Source: an uncultured Thermodesulfobacteriota bacterium
GTDB lineage: Bacteria; Desulfobacterota; Zymogenia; Zymogenales; Zymogenaceae
NCBI GenBank assembly: GCA_964542895.1
Contig: CAZIWT010000005.1
Coordinates: 863-59,751 of the forward strand
Length of the DNA: 58,889 nt
Direction of reading: 5' to 3'
The translations under genes and the position numbers were made by a program. Below, in pieces: positions 47,347-57,329 of this stretch. Under the pieces are notes generated by a model. That model was not told the DNA's origin, did no database searches, and saw nothing but the letters and a program-made list of their open reading frames with translations. How positions within the stretch are numbered: the stretch's first letter is position 1; each line of letters opens with the position of its first letter.

Positions 47347-49740
47347 CTACTCCTTCGGCTCAAGTTCGAGGGTGTACCTGGCGTCTTTGTCCACCCTATC
47401 GCGGCTCAACACGAACGGGCGGTATTTGTGGTCGATCCAAAGCTCCGTCTGGTCGTCGTAGTGGGTGCTCATGAAGTTTCCGGAGACGCCGTTGGGGGTC
47501 ACCATCTTGGAGTTGTTCATATCCGAGAGGTCGATGATGTATCTCAAAGACGCGCCGTGATAGACCTCCCACGGGTCCGTCAGCCGGTACGTAGCGGGAT
47601 TGACCGTAAAAAGACTTCCCCCCATGGGAAGCGGGCCGATGTTGAAGAGTTTCCCCATGAGGGCCGACTTCTTCCCGAAGGGGTGGTAGATGGTAAGCGT
47701 GTGGAGGTCGCCCCAGGCCCAGTCGTCGATGTCGGGTCCCATCTCCGATTCGAGGTAGCTCACGGCGTCCTTGAAGCTCATGGTGATGACGAAATCGATA
47801 TCTTCTATCTCCTCCGTCTCAGGGTCGTCAAACCAAGGTGATTTACCCCTCTTGAACATTTTCCTCAGGGAGTTGAAGACGAGGTACTTGTTGCCGATGT
47901 ACATGGTGTAGAGCTCTTCACCGAGCCTGTTTTTGAACGTCCTCTCGACGATGCCGTTTGCGGTCGCGTGAAAGACGCTCGCGGCGCGGCTCTCCGGTGT
48001 GGCGACGAAGTCCCAATCTTTAAGGAGCTCGAGGGCGGCCGCTTCCCGCTCCGACAATTCGGCGCCGGACAGGGCTTCGATCATGGTCGGCACCCAGTCC
48101 CGCGCGAGGACCACGTATGTGTCACCCTGCATCTTCGCGAAGTCGTCGGCGTTAAGCTTATCCTTTTCGGTCAGCATCTCCGTTATCCGTATGTACCTGT
48201 CCGGGGAGGCGTAACCGTTCGATATGATGTAGGGGTAGCCGTCTTTCTCGATCCGGTTGTTGGCCGTGGCTATCCAGCCGGAGGGCGGGTTTATCAGCTT
48301 GGGCTGTTCTCCCTTTGGAACGTATCCCGCCCACTCGTGTTTCCCGTCCCAGCCGGGAACCGGAACGGAGCCGTCAAATCCACTCCTTATTGGGATTCCC
48401 GCCACAAGCCAGTAGCCGATGTTCCCCTGGTCGTCCGCGCAGACGAGGTTTATGCCGGGGCACTGGAAAAGCTCCACCCATTTGTCGAAATCGTTGACGG
48501 TCTTCGCCCTGTTTACGTAATAGAGGGACGTTATGGCCTGGGCCCTTTCGGGAGCCACCCAGCGCATCGAGAGGGCGTATCCCTTCGGCTCGTCGAACTT
48601 GTTCAGGTCGTCGATGATCGGGCCGTGGCGCGTCATTCGGATATTGAAATTGACGTCGTCCGCACCCTTGACCTTTATCGTCTCTTCCCTTGTTTTTATT
48701 TCCTCCCAACTTCCCATGTAGAGGCAGCGGTTCGGGTCTTCGGGGTCAAGCTTTTCGAGGTAGTAATCGGAGTCGTCCACCATCCCCACGGTGCCGCCCC
48801 AGGCGCAGTTTCCGTTCGTCCCGGCGAAGACAAAGGGGATTCCCGGGAGCATGGCACCTGTGACGTTTAGGGTCGGTGTCGTTATGTGTGCCTCGTACCA
48901 GACCCCCGGGGCGCCGTGGGCCACGTGCGGGTCGTTTGCGAGGATCGGTTTTCCGGTCTCTGATTTTACTCCGGAGACAGCCCAGTTGTTGCTGGCGCCC
49001 CCTCCCACGCGGCCCGTGATTTCACGGGCGAGGTTCAGGGTCTTTAAAAAATCGATATTTTTACCCACGCTTAAGGGGGGTTTGTTTCCAATGATTGTCG
49101 GGCCGTTTTCCGGGTAGGCCGAAAAAATCTCGTCTGTAAGCTCCTTCCCCAGCTTGTCGGCTATGGTGGCCCTCAACATCTCCGTCTTGAACGTCCCGTT
49201 AAACTGCCACGCCAGAAAGTAATAGACGCTGACGCAGTCTTCGGGCCTCCACGGATCCGGCTTATACCCCAGCATCTTGAACTCGACGGGAAGGGGGCCG
49301 TCCCCGTTTTCGATGTAGTAGTTTATCCCCTTCGAAAAGGCCTCGAGAGAGGAGAGGACCTCGGGGGGGAACTCCCCGACGATATCCTTTTGGGCCCTCG
49401 GGGCGGTGAGTGTCCTGAAGAGCTTGTCCACCGACACCACCGACTCCCCCAGGAGCTCCGAGAGCCTGCCGGAGGTAACCCGCCTTATAAGGTCCAGCTG
49501 GAAGAGCCTGTCCTGGGCCATCGAGTAGCCGAGAGCGAAGTACGCGTCGCCGTCCGAATCGGCGTAGATATGGGGCATTCCGTAGCTGTCCCGGATGATC
49601 GTGACTTTGGAGTCTATTCCGTCGACGACCACCTCTCCCTCATAGCCGGGGAGCGTCGCCCTCAGGTAACCGTAAATGAAAATTACAGCTATGATAAGAA
49701 TGACAAAGACTGTTCCTAAGATCCACTTAATAACCTTCAT
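47347..49740 (-). CDS. Penicillin acylase family (peptidase S45) Ntn amidase, membrane-anchored
   Basis: RDSYGMPHIYA, AQDRLFQLD..RR, autocleavage site GGGA/SNNWAVSG, LANDPH, TANNR; N-terminal TM helix. Confidence 0.95.
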   Translation of the reverse strand: MKVIKWILGTVFVILIIAVIFIYGYLRATLPGYEGEVVVDGIDSKVTIIRDSYGMPHIYADSDGDAYFALGYSMAQDRLFQLDLIRRVTSGRLSELLGESVVSVDKLFRTLTAPRAQKDIVGEFPPEVLSSLEAFSKGINYYIENGDGPLPVEFKMLGYKPDPWRPEDCVSVYYFLAWQFNGTFKTEMLRATIADKLGKELTDEIFSAYPENGPTIIGNKPPLSVGKNIDFLKTLNLAREITGRVGGGASNNWAVSGVKSETGKPILANDPHVAHGAPGVWYEAHITTPTLNVTGAMLPGIPFVFAGTNGNCAWGGTVGMVDDSDYYLEKLDPEDPNRCLYMGSWEEIKTREETIKVKGADDVNFNIRMTRHGPIIDDLNKFDEPKGYALSMRWVAPERAQAITSLYYVNRAKTVNDFDKWVELFQCPGINLVCADDQGNIGYWLVAGIPIRSGFDGSVPVPGWDGKHEWAGYVPKGEQPKLINPPSGWIATANNRIEKDGYPYIISNGYASPDRYIRITEMLTEKDKLNADDFAKMQGDTYVVLARDWVPTMIEALSGAELSEREAAALELLKDWDFVATPESRAASVFHATANGIVERTFKNRLGEELYTMYIGNKYLVFNSLRKMFKRGKSPWFDDPETEEIEDIDFVITMSFKDAVSYLESEMGPDIDDWAWGDLHTLTIYHPFGKKSALMGKLFNIGPLPMGGSLFTVNPATYRLTDPWEVYHGASLRYIIDLSDMNNSKMVTPNGVSGNFMSTHYDDQTELWIDHKYRPFVLSRDRVDKDARYTLELEPKE

Positions 49741-49900
49741 CGTGACCTCCCAGGTTAAATATTTTTACGTATACTCATATTACATTTAGGCGGGATTTTC
49801 AAGGTAAATATGTGATTAGAGTAGAATTTTAGATAGGTGAGGTTTAGAGGACTTTATTATACAAGATTTCCCTTTATGCTTTGTCAATAAGGCTTAATAA

Positions 49901-50728
49901 TCAATCAAGCTTGAATATCCGTCTCGCATTTTCGTAAAGGAATAGAGACTTCACTTCTTTATCGAGCTTGAGAGAATCAAGGTCTTCGAGGCATCTTTCT
50001 GCCGTCAGCATGGGGTAATTTGTGCCGAATAGGACCTTCTTTTTGCCGTTCCGTTTCATATAGTCTACAAGTTCTGCGGGGAATCTCTTTGCAATGTAAG
50101 CGGAAGTTTCGATAAAAACATTAGTATGTTTTGTGGCAACGGCTATCATCTCTTGAGTCCAGGGATACCCGATGTGTCCGCACACAATCTTCAATTCGGG
50201 AAAATCAAGAGCAGCTTCATCGATGTATGGAATAGGCCTTCCAGGCTCGGACGGGCAGAGGGGGCCAGTATGACCGACCTGAAGACACACCGGAATATCC
50301 AGCTTAACGCACTCGGCAAAGATCGGATAGTAGTACCTGTGGGTGGGCGGCAGGTTCCAGTACCACTGAACGATCCTGATGCCGATAAATCCCAATTCTT
50401 TGAAGCAGCGGTTGAGTTCTCTTATTCCCTCCATGGGCCGGGAAATATCGACTGAAGCTATTCCCCGGAATCGGTCGGGATTGTTATTGATAATCTCAGC
50501 CACCTCATCGTTTGAAATGAGCGCTCCTTGCGGGCCCCACCACGCACAGATAAGTCCCGTGTGAACACCGGCCCTATCCATAGTCCCCAATGTATATTCA
50601 ATTGGTAAATCCTGCTCGAATTTTTCAATCCCCATCCAGCGGCGAAGTGAATCGAACATCGGATGATTTATAAACTTCATCGTGGGATGCTGCATCCATA
50701 CGTCAACGATATTAGAATCACTGTTCAT
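49901..50728 (-). CDS. Amidohydrolase_2 family protein
   Basis: VDVWMQHP, YYPIFAECVKLDIP, HTGP, CGHIGYPW, LFGTNYPM. Confidence 0.9.
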   Translation of the reverse strand: MNSDSNIVDVWMQHPTMKFINHPMFDSLRRWMGIEKFEQDLPIEYTLGTMDRAGVHTGLICAWWGPQGALISNDEVAEIINNNPDRFRGIASVDISRPMEGIRELNRCFKELGFIGIRIVQWYWNLPPTHRYYYPIFAECVKLDIPVCLQVGHTGPLCPSEPGRPIPYIDEAALDFPELKIVCGHIGYPWTQEMIAVATKHTNVFIETSAYIAKRFPAELVDYMKRNGKKKVLFGTNYPMLTAERCLEDLDSLKLDKEVKSLFLYENARRIFKLD

Positions 50729-50757
50729 TACAATACCTCGATAGTTAACTCTGTCGG

Positions 50758-51219
50758 CTATTTGCTGTTTTGTTTCATCTCTGCTTCGCAGCTTATTAGG
50801 TTGTCGAGGATTTTTCGGAGCTTATCCTCCAAGTCGTCCAACTCCTCTTCCGAAAGGCCCCTGCACACGATATCAGTCATCTCTTCGGAGACTTTGGCAT
50901 AGGTATCCATTAGGTTATGGTCTTTCTCGGTAAGCTTGATGAGGACCTCGCGACGGTCGCTTTTTGAACGGATTCGCTTAATATGCCCCGCTCTCTCCAG
51001 CCCGTCCAACATAGCCGTCAGCGTTGACTTGCTGAGGGAGGTTTCCTTGGCAAGTTGTTGGATGGGGATGTTGTCTTTGCGCCATAAAACGAAGAGTATC
51101 CTTCCCTGGGCGGGGGTGATGTGGCCGATTTTGTGTTCTCTGAGGATATTCGCAAAAATCCGACCCGCTGCCTGGTTTATCCTGGCGATCAGAAATGCAC
51201 CCTCTCGTTTCAACTTCAC
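50758..51219 (-). CDS. MarR family transcriptional regulator
   Basis: ITPAQGRILFVLW, LAKETSLSKSTLTAMLDGLE..G.I.R..S..DRR...I.LT. Confidence 0.95.
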   Translation of the reverse strand: MKLKREGAFLIARINQAAGRIFANILREHKIGHITPAQGRILFVLWRKDNIPIQQLAKETSLSKSTLTAMLDGLERAGHIKRIRSKSDRREVLIKLTEKDHNLMDTYAKVSEEMTDIVCRGLSEEELDDLEDKLRKILDNLISCEAEMKQNSK

Positions 51220-51479
51220 TTCCTAATCCAAATTTTAAAATTACTTTGAATCATTCTACGATAAAAGAGTATATATGTTCTAATTCGTATTGTACTATAT
51301 AGAACCATATTGAATAATACTATTCCTTTCAAAATGTTTGTCAAGCATTAATCAAGCTGTCTTATTTTTTTAGAATTTGAGCTGTCGAAGTGATAGCCTT
51401 TCGATTTAAGAAAATCGATCGCATCAGATTTGGATTTTCTCTCCTCCGTCTCGAATCATCGATAGCCTTCTCTCCATCC

Positions 51480-52847
51480 TTATCCAATCTTCTTCTGGAG
51501 CGAGCGCGCCGCCACGAGTATCGGGTCGATGGTGGGCGTGAACGGCGGTGCGTATGCGAGGTCGAGGTCTACAATATCGTCGATAGAGAGGTTTCCGGCA
51601 AGCGCCGCCGCCAGGATGTTTATGCGGTGGCCGGCTCCGTCTTTGCCCGCGATCTGGGCGCCGATGAGCCTTCGGGTCTTTCTCTCCGCAACGAGGTGCA
51701 CGCGAATCGGGGAAGAGCCGGGATACAGCCTGGGCCGTGACCTCCCCTCGATAGTCTGGCATACGGCGTCGATCCCCTCCTTCTGGGCGGCGGCAAGCGT
51801 AAGTCCCGTGAATCCGACCTCGAGGTCGAACACCTTGAAGTGGGCGGAGCCCAAAACTCCGGGATAGACTATATCTCCCCCGGCGGCGTTCTCCCCGGCG
51901 ACCCACCCCTGCTTGTTGGCGAGGTCCCCGAGGGCTATGTTCACACCCCTTGACGTGATACGGTGCTTCACCTCGACGCAGTCGCCCGCGGCGTAGATGT
52001 TGTCGTCCGACGTACGCTGGCGATCGTCGACCCATATCGCCCCGGTCTCGCCGATTTCGAGGCCCGCCTCCTTAGCCAGCCTGACGTCGGGCAAAAAACC
52101 CACCGAGACGAGGACCATCTCCGCATCAAATCTACCCTTGTCGGTTACGACCGACGTGACCTTGCCGTTTGAGACGTCAAAGGAGGAGATCTTGGCGTCG
52201 GTAACGAACTTAGTCTCCTTCTCGGCAAGCTCGTCCAGGACCATCTCCGCAATATCTTTTCCGAGCTGCCTCATCGGGAGGTCTCTGCGGTGGATGATGG
52301 TGTTTTCTATCCCCAGCTCTCCGAAGGCCTCGGCCATCTCCAGGGAGATAAAGCCCGCCCCGATCGTCACGGCCCTCCTGGGGGAGTTCTCGTTTATATA
52401 GTCTTTTATCCTCTTGCCGTCCGAGAGGGATTTCAGGGAAAAGACGTTGGGGGCGTCCTCGTTTTCGACGCCGAGTTTCCTGGAGTGGGAACCAGTGGTG
52501 ATTATCAGCTTGTCGTAGGGCCTCTTCAGCTCCTCGTTCTTATCGAGGTCGCGGATCAGTATTTCCCTCTTCTTCCTGTTGATATTGATGACTTCATGTT
52601 TCGTGTGGATGTCGATATCGTGGTCTTTCTTGAAGACCTCGGGGGGCCTGACGACGTATTTATCTATGACCTTTGACTTGGCTACATCTCCGATGTAGTA
52701 GGGCATGAGTCAGGCGGAATAGGAGATATATGAATCCTTCTCGAAGAGGTCTATCTTCAGGTTTCGATCGGTCCTGCGGGCGCGGCTGGCGGCTGCGGTT
52801 CCGGCCGCAACGCCACCGCAGATCAGGAGGCCGTTTTGATCTTTCAT
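51480..52847 (-). CDS. CoA-disulfide reductase / NADH oxidase family flavoprotein; predicted selenoprotein (Sec46 encoded by TGA 52710-52712)
   Basis: ATG 52847 behind GGGAG reads MKDQNGLLICGGVAAGTAAASRARRTDRNLKIDLFEKDSYISYSA-TGA-LMPYY, in frame with the 408-aa ORF. The TGA aligns to the Cys of the family motif SY/FxxCGLPY. Also present: LIITTGS, IGAGFISLE, IYAAGDC, DLAYAPPF. Confidence 0.9.
52674..52712 (-). promoter_or_regulatory. Candidate bacterial SECIS element
   Basis: mRNA UGA-11 nt-CUACAUC-GGA-GAUGUAG: a 7-bp perfect stem with a G-leading apical loop. UGACU can also pair with downstream AGUCA as a lower stem. Confidence 0.8.
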
Positions 52848-52892
52848 TTTCAACTTCTCCCAAGCGTTTTGTAATGTTTCAGATCGATTTCT

Positions 52893-52921
52893 ATTATCAG
52901 TGGGGAAGGGTAAAATGTCAA
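52893..52921 (-). promoter_or_regulatory. Sigma70 promoter of the CoADR-like gene
   Basis: TTGACA-17 nt-GATAAT, about 45 nt upstream of ATG 52847. This supports the extended start. Confidence 0.7.
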
Positions 52922-52952
52922 GGCCTTAAAAATCAAAAGGGCCAAAATGAGC

Positions 52953-52979
52953 GGGGAGAGGGGGAGAGGGGGAGGGGGG
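52953..52979 (+). other. Canonical G-quadruplex-forming motif
   Basis: GGGG-AGA-GGGGG-AGA-GGGGG-A-GGGGGG. Confidence 0.6.
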
Positions 52980-53182
52980 CGATCTTCGATCCGCAGCTGG
53001 ATATCTTTTATATCAGTTTTGGTCTCGGCATTTTCCGGGGGGGCTTTTTGAAGATGAGCCGAAAAACCTATTGGTGGAGGATTTAACAATCCAGATCGAC
53101 GTAGGGCCGGCGATAAAACTCGAGGTCCTGGAAAATGGAGGTCTCCAATTTCACTTAAGGATGAGGAGTCGTTTTACCCTAT

Positions 53183-56100
53183 TCAATGAGAATTTCTCTT
53201 GGCCACCCTCTGCTTGATGTCCTCGATGACGAGGTACAGACATGGAATAATAACGAGGGTCAAAAGGACGCCAAACGCCAAGCCCCACACGATGGAGACC
53301 GCCATGGGCGTCAGCATCGGCTCCCTGCCGCCGATACCTATCGCCATGGGGAGCAGGCCTCCGATGGTTGTCAGGGTGGTCAGCAGGATCGGCCTCAGGC
53401 GAATCTTTCCCGTCTCGATGACCGCTTCATAAAGGTTTGCTCCCTTATCCCTTGCCCTGTTGATGAAATCGACCATGACTATGGCGTCGTTTACGACGAT
53501 CCCTATCAGCGCAATAATTCCGATGCCCGCCATCAGGGAGAGCTCGATGTTGGTGATAAAGAGGCCGAACACCACCCCGATGAAGGAAAATGGGACCGTT
53601 ACCATTATGATAAGGGGCTGCACGTACGATCTAAAGAGGGCCGCCAGGATTATGTAGATGAGCAAAACGGCCATAAAGAGGGAGCGGAGGAGCGATAAGA
53701 TCGATTCCATCGTATCCTCATATTCACCGCCGTACTTGAAAGTATAGCCCGAGTACTTGACGCTTCTGGTTCCGAATTTCTCTATAAGGGCTTCGTTGAC
53801 CTCCTTCGATGTGTTCTGACCCTCGACGAGATTGGCTGACACCGTAACGGTGCGCTCGCGGTCGTTGTGGTAAATCCTCAGCATCCCGTCGCCGTAGCTC
53901 ACATCCGCAAAGGTCTTGATGGGGATCCTGTCCCCGTTGCCGTTGGAGACCGAAAAGTTCATAAGGTTGTTGAGGTCTGCCATATCCTCGTTGTATTTCA
54001 CGACGATGTCGATCTTGTCCGTGCCACGCATGATCTTTCCCGCGTCCCCCCCGGAGAAGGCGCTGCGAAGCTCCGATGAGATATCGTTAACGTTGAGTCC
54101 CAGTGAGCCCATCGTGTATTCGTCATATTGAAATCGAATCTCCTCCTTCCCTCTCCTGTAATCGTCTTCGATATCCACCACCCCCTTCATCGAGGCCAAT
54201 TCCTTTTTGAACTCCTCCGAAAGCTTCAAGAGGGTCTCGAACTCGTCCCCCTGGATACTGACCTCGACGGCCGAGCCCCTCGGCGGCCCCCTCCTCTGGG
54301 ACCTGTACGTAACGGATGTAGGACCGGCGATGAGATCGCTCTCCTCCCTGATCTCTTCGGTAATTTTCTCGGCCCCGATCTTCCTGTATCCGTGTTCGGT
54401 CAGCTCCACCCGGATCCGCCCGTTGTAAGATCTGGAGGACCCGCCCACGGACGCCATGATAACCGAAATCTCGTCTTCCGGGCGCTCGAGGATCAACTCC
54501 TCGACTTTCTTGACCACCCGGTCGGTGGCATCAAGGTTGCTGTCCGTGGGAAGGTTTATATAGGCCCTGAATTGTTCTGCGATAGAGCTTCCCATAAAGA
54601 CGAATTTCATCGTAAAGAGGCCGAAGAAGAGGGTTACAATAGCCACACCCACGAGACTCAAGAGCACCATATAGCGACGTCTCAATATTGATGTAAGGAG
54701 ATTCCCGTAATATTCCCTGACCCGATTAAACCAGCCCCTCGCCTCCTTGTTGGCCTGGGACACCTTGTTCTTTACGAATTCGTTAAGGTGCGAGGGAAGG
54801 ATAAAAAACGCCTCCAGGAGCGACGCCAGGAGCGTGACGATGACGACCACGGGAATCGTCTTCAGGAATTTGCCGATGATCCCGGATATGAAGAGGAGCG
54901 GAATGAACGCCGCGATATTCGTGGCGATGGCGGCAATGATGGGCATAACCACCTCCTGGGTGCCCGTGACCACCGCCTCCGTGAGGCTGTACCCCATCTC
55001 CCGGTATCGAAAAAAGTTTTCCGCCACGACTATGGCGTCGTCGACGACGATACCCAGAACGAGGATTAAGGCGAACATGGAGAGGAGGTTTAATGTAATC
55101 CCCGCGTAGCTCATTATGATGATCGTGAGGAGAAACGAGAAGGGGATTCCCATCGAGGCCCAGAAGGCCACCCGCGAGTCTAAAAAGGCGTAGAGAATGA
55201 GGATTACCAGTATCATGCCGAGGGCGGCGTTGAGCAAAAGCGTCTTTAGCCTTCTCTCCACGTATAGCGATTCATCGTCCGCCAGCGAAATATTTATGCC
55301 GTCATCGAGATGAGTCTGCTCGTTTTTTACAATTATCTTCACTTCTTTGGCTATGTTGATGACGTCCCCTGAGCCGCTCTTCATGACATCAAGTAGAATC
55401 GCCCGGCGCCCGTTAAACCTGACGAAGGTGTTCTCTTCCTCGAAGGTCTCGGTCACGTTTGCCACATCCCCCACCCTTACAACGCCGTCCGCGTAAGAGG
55501 AGATGATAATGTTTTTAATATCCTTGACCCCCTCCACCTCTCCGATGGACCTTATCAAAAGCTCCTTTTCTCCAGAGTCAAACGTCCCGCTGGGAAGGTT
55601 CAGGTTGCGCTTCTTGATGGCGCTTATGATGGTGCTGAACTTGAGGTTCAGGGCGTCCAGCTTCCTCGGGTCAACCTCCACCCAGACCTCCCGATCCAGG
55701 TATCCATCCATATCGACGGAGCTGACTCCCTTGACCAATTCTATCTCATCCTTCAATCGGTCGGCGGTTTTTCTGAGCCTTTCCTGATCGGTGTTGCCCC
55801 AGATACCGATCGTGATGACGTCGAATCTCGGCTCCCTCTTCACTATATTCGGGTCTTCGGCGTCTTCGGGGAGGTCCGAGACCTTGTCGACCTCGCTCTT
55901 TATATCGTTCAGGAGCTGGTCGAGCTTTGCCCCCACGATGTCCGCCTCCGCCTTTATGGTAATGGCGCAAGACCCCTCGCTGCTGGTGGATGTGATCGTA
56001 TCGATCCCGTCCACATCGAAGATCTGCTCCTCGATCGGGACGGTAATGAGATTTTCGACCTCTTCCGGCGAGGCCCCCTTGTATGTGGTGTTTATGTTGA

Positions 56101-56233
56101 TGTAGCCGAAATCGACGGAGGGGAAGACCTCCCTGTTGAGCTTGGTGGCGAAGTAGATCCCCAGTACGAGGACCGCAATCGTTATCATATTGACGAGGAC
56201 GGAGTTTCTTACCGAAAATCGAGCTATAGACAT
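53183..56233 (-). CDS. RND efflux permease (AcrB/AcrD/AcrF family)
   Basis: FPSVD, EEVENLITVPIEE, GIVVDDAIVVAEN, GIVVNDAIVMVD, RLRPILLTTLTT; 1016 aa. Confidence 0.96.
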   Translation of the reverse strand: MSIARFSVRNSVLVNMITIAVLVLGIYFATKLNREVFPSVDFGYININTTYKGASPEEVENLITVPIEEQIFDVDGIDTITSTSSEGSCAITIKAEADIVGAKLDQLLNDIKSEVDKVSDLPEDAEDPNIVKREPRFDVITIGIWGNTDQERLRKTADRLKDEIELVKGVSSVDMDGYLDREVWVEVDPRKLDALNLKFSTIISAIKKRNLNLPSGTFDSGEKELLIRSIGEVEGVKDIKNIIISSYADGVVRVGDVANVTETFEEENTFVRFNGRRAILLDVMKSGSGDVINIAKEVKIIVKNEQTHLDDGINISLADDESLYVERRLKTLLLNAALGMILVILILYAFLDSRVAFWASMGIPFSFLLTIIIMSYAGITLNLLSMFALILVLGIVVDDAIVVAENFFRYREMGYSLTEAVVTGTQEVVMPIIAAIATNIAAFIPLLFISGIIGKFLKTIPVVVIVTLLASLLEAFFILPSHLNEFVKNKVSQANKEARGWFNRVREYYGNLLTSILRRRYMVLLSLVGVAIVTLFFGLFTMKFVFMGSSIAEQFRAYINLPTDSNLDATDRVVKKVEELILERPEDEISVIMASVGGSSRSYNGRIRVELTEHGYRKIGAEKITEEIREESDLIAGPTSVTYRSQRRGPPRGSAVEVSIQGDEFETLLKLSEEFKKELASMKGVVDIEDDYRRGKEEIRFQYDEYTMGSLGLNVNDISSELRSAFSGGDAGKIMRGTDKIDIVVKYNEDMADLNNLMNFSVSNGNGDRIPIKTFADVSYGDGMLRIYHNDRERTVTVSANLVEGQNTSKEVNEALIEKFGTRSVKYSGYTFKYGGEYEDTMESILSLLRSLFMAVLLIYIILAALFRSYVQPLIIMVTVPFSFIGVVFGLFITNIELSLMAGIGIIALIGIVVNDAIVMVDFINRARDKGANLYEAVIETGKIRLRPILLTTLTTIGGLLPMAIGIGGREPMLTPMAVSIVWGLAFGVLLTLVIIPCLYLVIEDIKQRVAKRNSH

Positions 56234-56242
56234 TGTGCCGTG

Positions 56243-56270
56243 TTACTCCTTAATAGTTACTCCTTAATAG
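56243..56270. repeat. Perfect 14-bp tandem duplication spanning the MFP stop codon and the AcrB RBS
   Basis: TTACTCCTTAATAG x2 (- strand CTATTAAGGAGTAA x2). Confidence 0.9.
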
Positions 56271-57208
56271 TCTTCCGTAACGACAACCGAAGAATCTTCC
56301 TTTAGATTTTCCTTGCCGACAACCACCACACTCTCCCCGACCTTTACGCCTGTGAGCACCTCGACGCTCTCCTCGTTCACTATCCCGAGGGTGAGGGGGC
56401 GCTTTTTCGCCTTGTCACTTTCGACAATGAAACAGTACGGCCCGTTTCTCCCCTGCTTCTCATACATAATTGCCTTGGTGGGGATAATTACCACTCCCTC
56501 TTTCTTTTCGGTTACAATGAAGATGTCTCCGAACATTCCGGCTATGAGGGAGGTAACGCCGTCTTTGAAGAGTAGCTCGACCCTGGCGGTGCGGGTGGTC
56601 GTATCGAGAACGGGGCTCACCTGGCTCACCTCGCCGATAAAGACCTCCTTGGAGACGGTGGGCACGGAAAGCTCCGCCTTCATCCCGACCTTTATCAGCG
56701 GAAGCTCGCTGTCCGGCACCTTGATCGTCACCGTTATACCGCGGCCGCCCACGATCAGGGAGACGGCGGTCGTCTCCGTTGCGAGCTCCCCCCTGTCGAG
56801 GTAGTTTCTGGCAACGATTCCGGATATGGGGGCCCTGACGGTGACCGGCATGTAGTCGTCCCACCTCTCCTGGCGCTCGAGCGTCGCGATGACGCTCCCC
56901 TTCCTGACGTGATCCCCCTCCTTGTAATAGTACTTGATGATCTTGCCCGCCGCGACGCTGAAGACCTTGACTTCCTCCTCCGCGTGGAGCTCACCGGAAT
57001 AGAAGAGGGTGCTCCTTATCTCGCCCAGCTCGACCTTTCCCAGCATAACGGGGACGGCCCTGTCAAGCTTCATCCCTCTACCCCCCTTGCCGGGCGGCTT
57101 GGAGGCGAAAAGGCCTATCAGCAGAAGCACCAGTAATAAAAAAACTAGGACGATACCTATCCGGGCGTACTTTTTATTCAATAATTTATTTAACATTTTT
57201 TTGATCAA
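56264..57208 (-). CDS. RND periplasmic adaptor (membrane fusion protein)
   Basis: N-terminal TM, AGKI....EGD.V.KG..IA, VRAPISGIV, VSPVLD..TRT, LIAGMFG, GVKVGESVVV.G. Confidence 0.93.
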   Translation of the reverse strand: MIKKMLNKLLNKKYARIGIVLVFLLLVLLLIGLFASKPPGKGGRGMKLDRAVPVMLGKVELGEIRSTLFYSGELHAEEEVKVFSVAAGKIIKYYYKEGDHVRKGSVIATLERQERWDDYMPVTVRAPISGIVARNYLDRGELATETTAVSLIVGGRGITVTIKVPDSELPLIKVGMKAELSVPTVSKEVFIGEVSQVSPVLDTTTRTARVELLFKDGVTSLIAGMFGDIFIVTEKKEGVVIIPTKAIMYEKQGRNGPYCFIVESDKAKKRPLTLGIVNEESVEVLTGVKVGESVVVVGKENLKEDSSVVVTEDY

Positions 57209-57329
57209 TCCAAAAACTCCCTAATTAAAAATCGAAAATCGAAATTCTCTTGAAAAAAAATAGACGGCCCCTCCACGCTCATCTCCTCTTTGATCTCTTT
57301 TCGGTAGTCGGCTCCCCTGTCGTATCCGT

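Noticed and set aside
52660-52863. Reading the CoADR-like gene as a nonsense pseudogene, or as a separate small ORF plus a truncated gene
   Set aside because: The stop is TGA at exactly the catalytic Cys position, both parts are in frame and intact, and a SECIS-like hairpin follows. Sec recoding explains this better.
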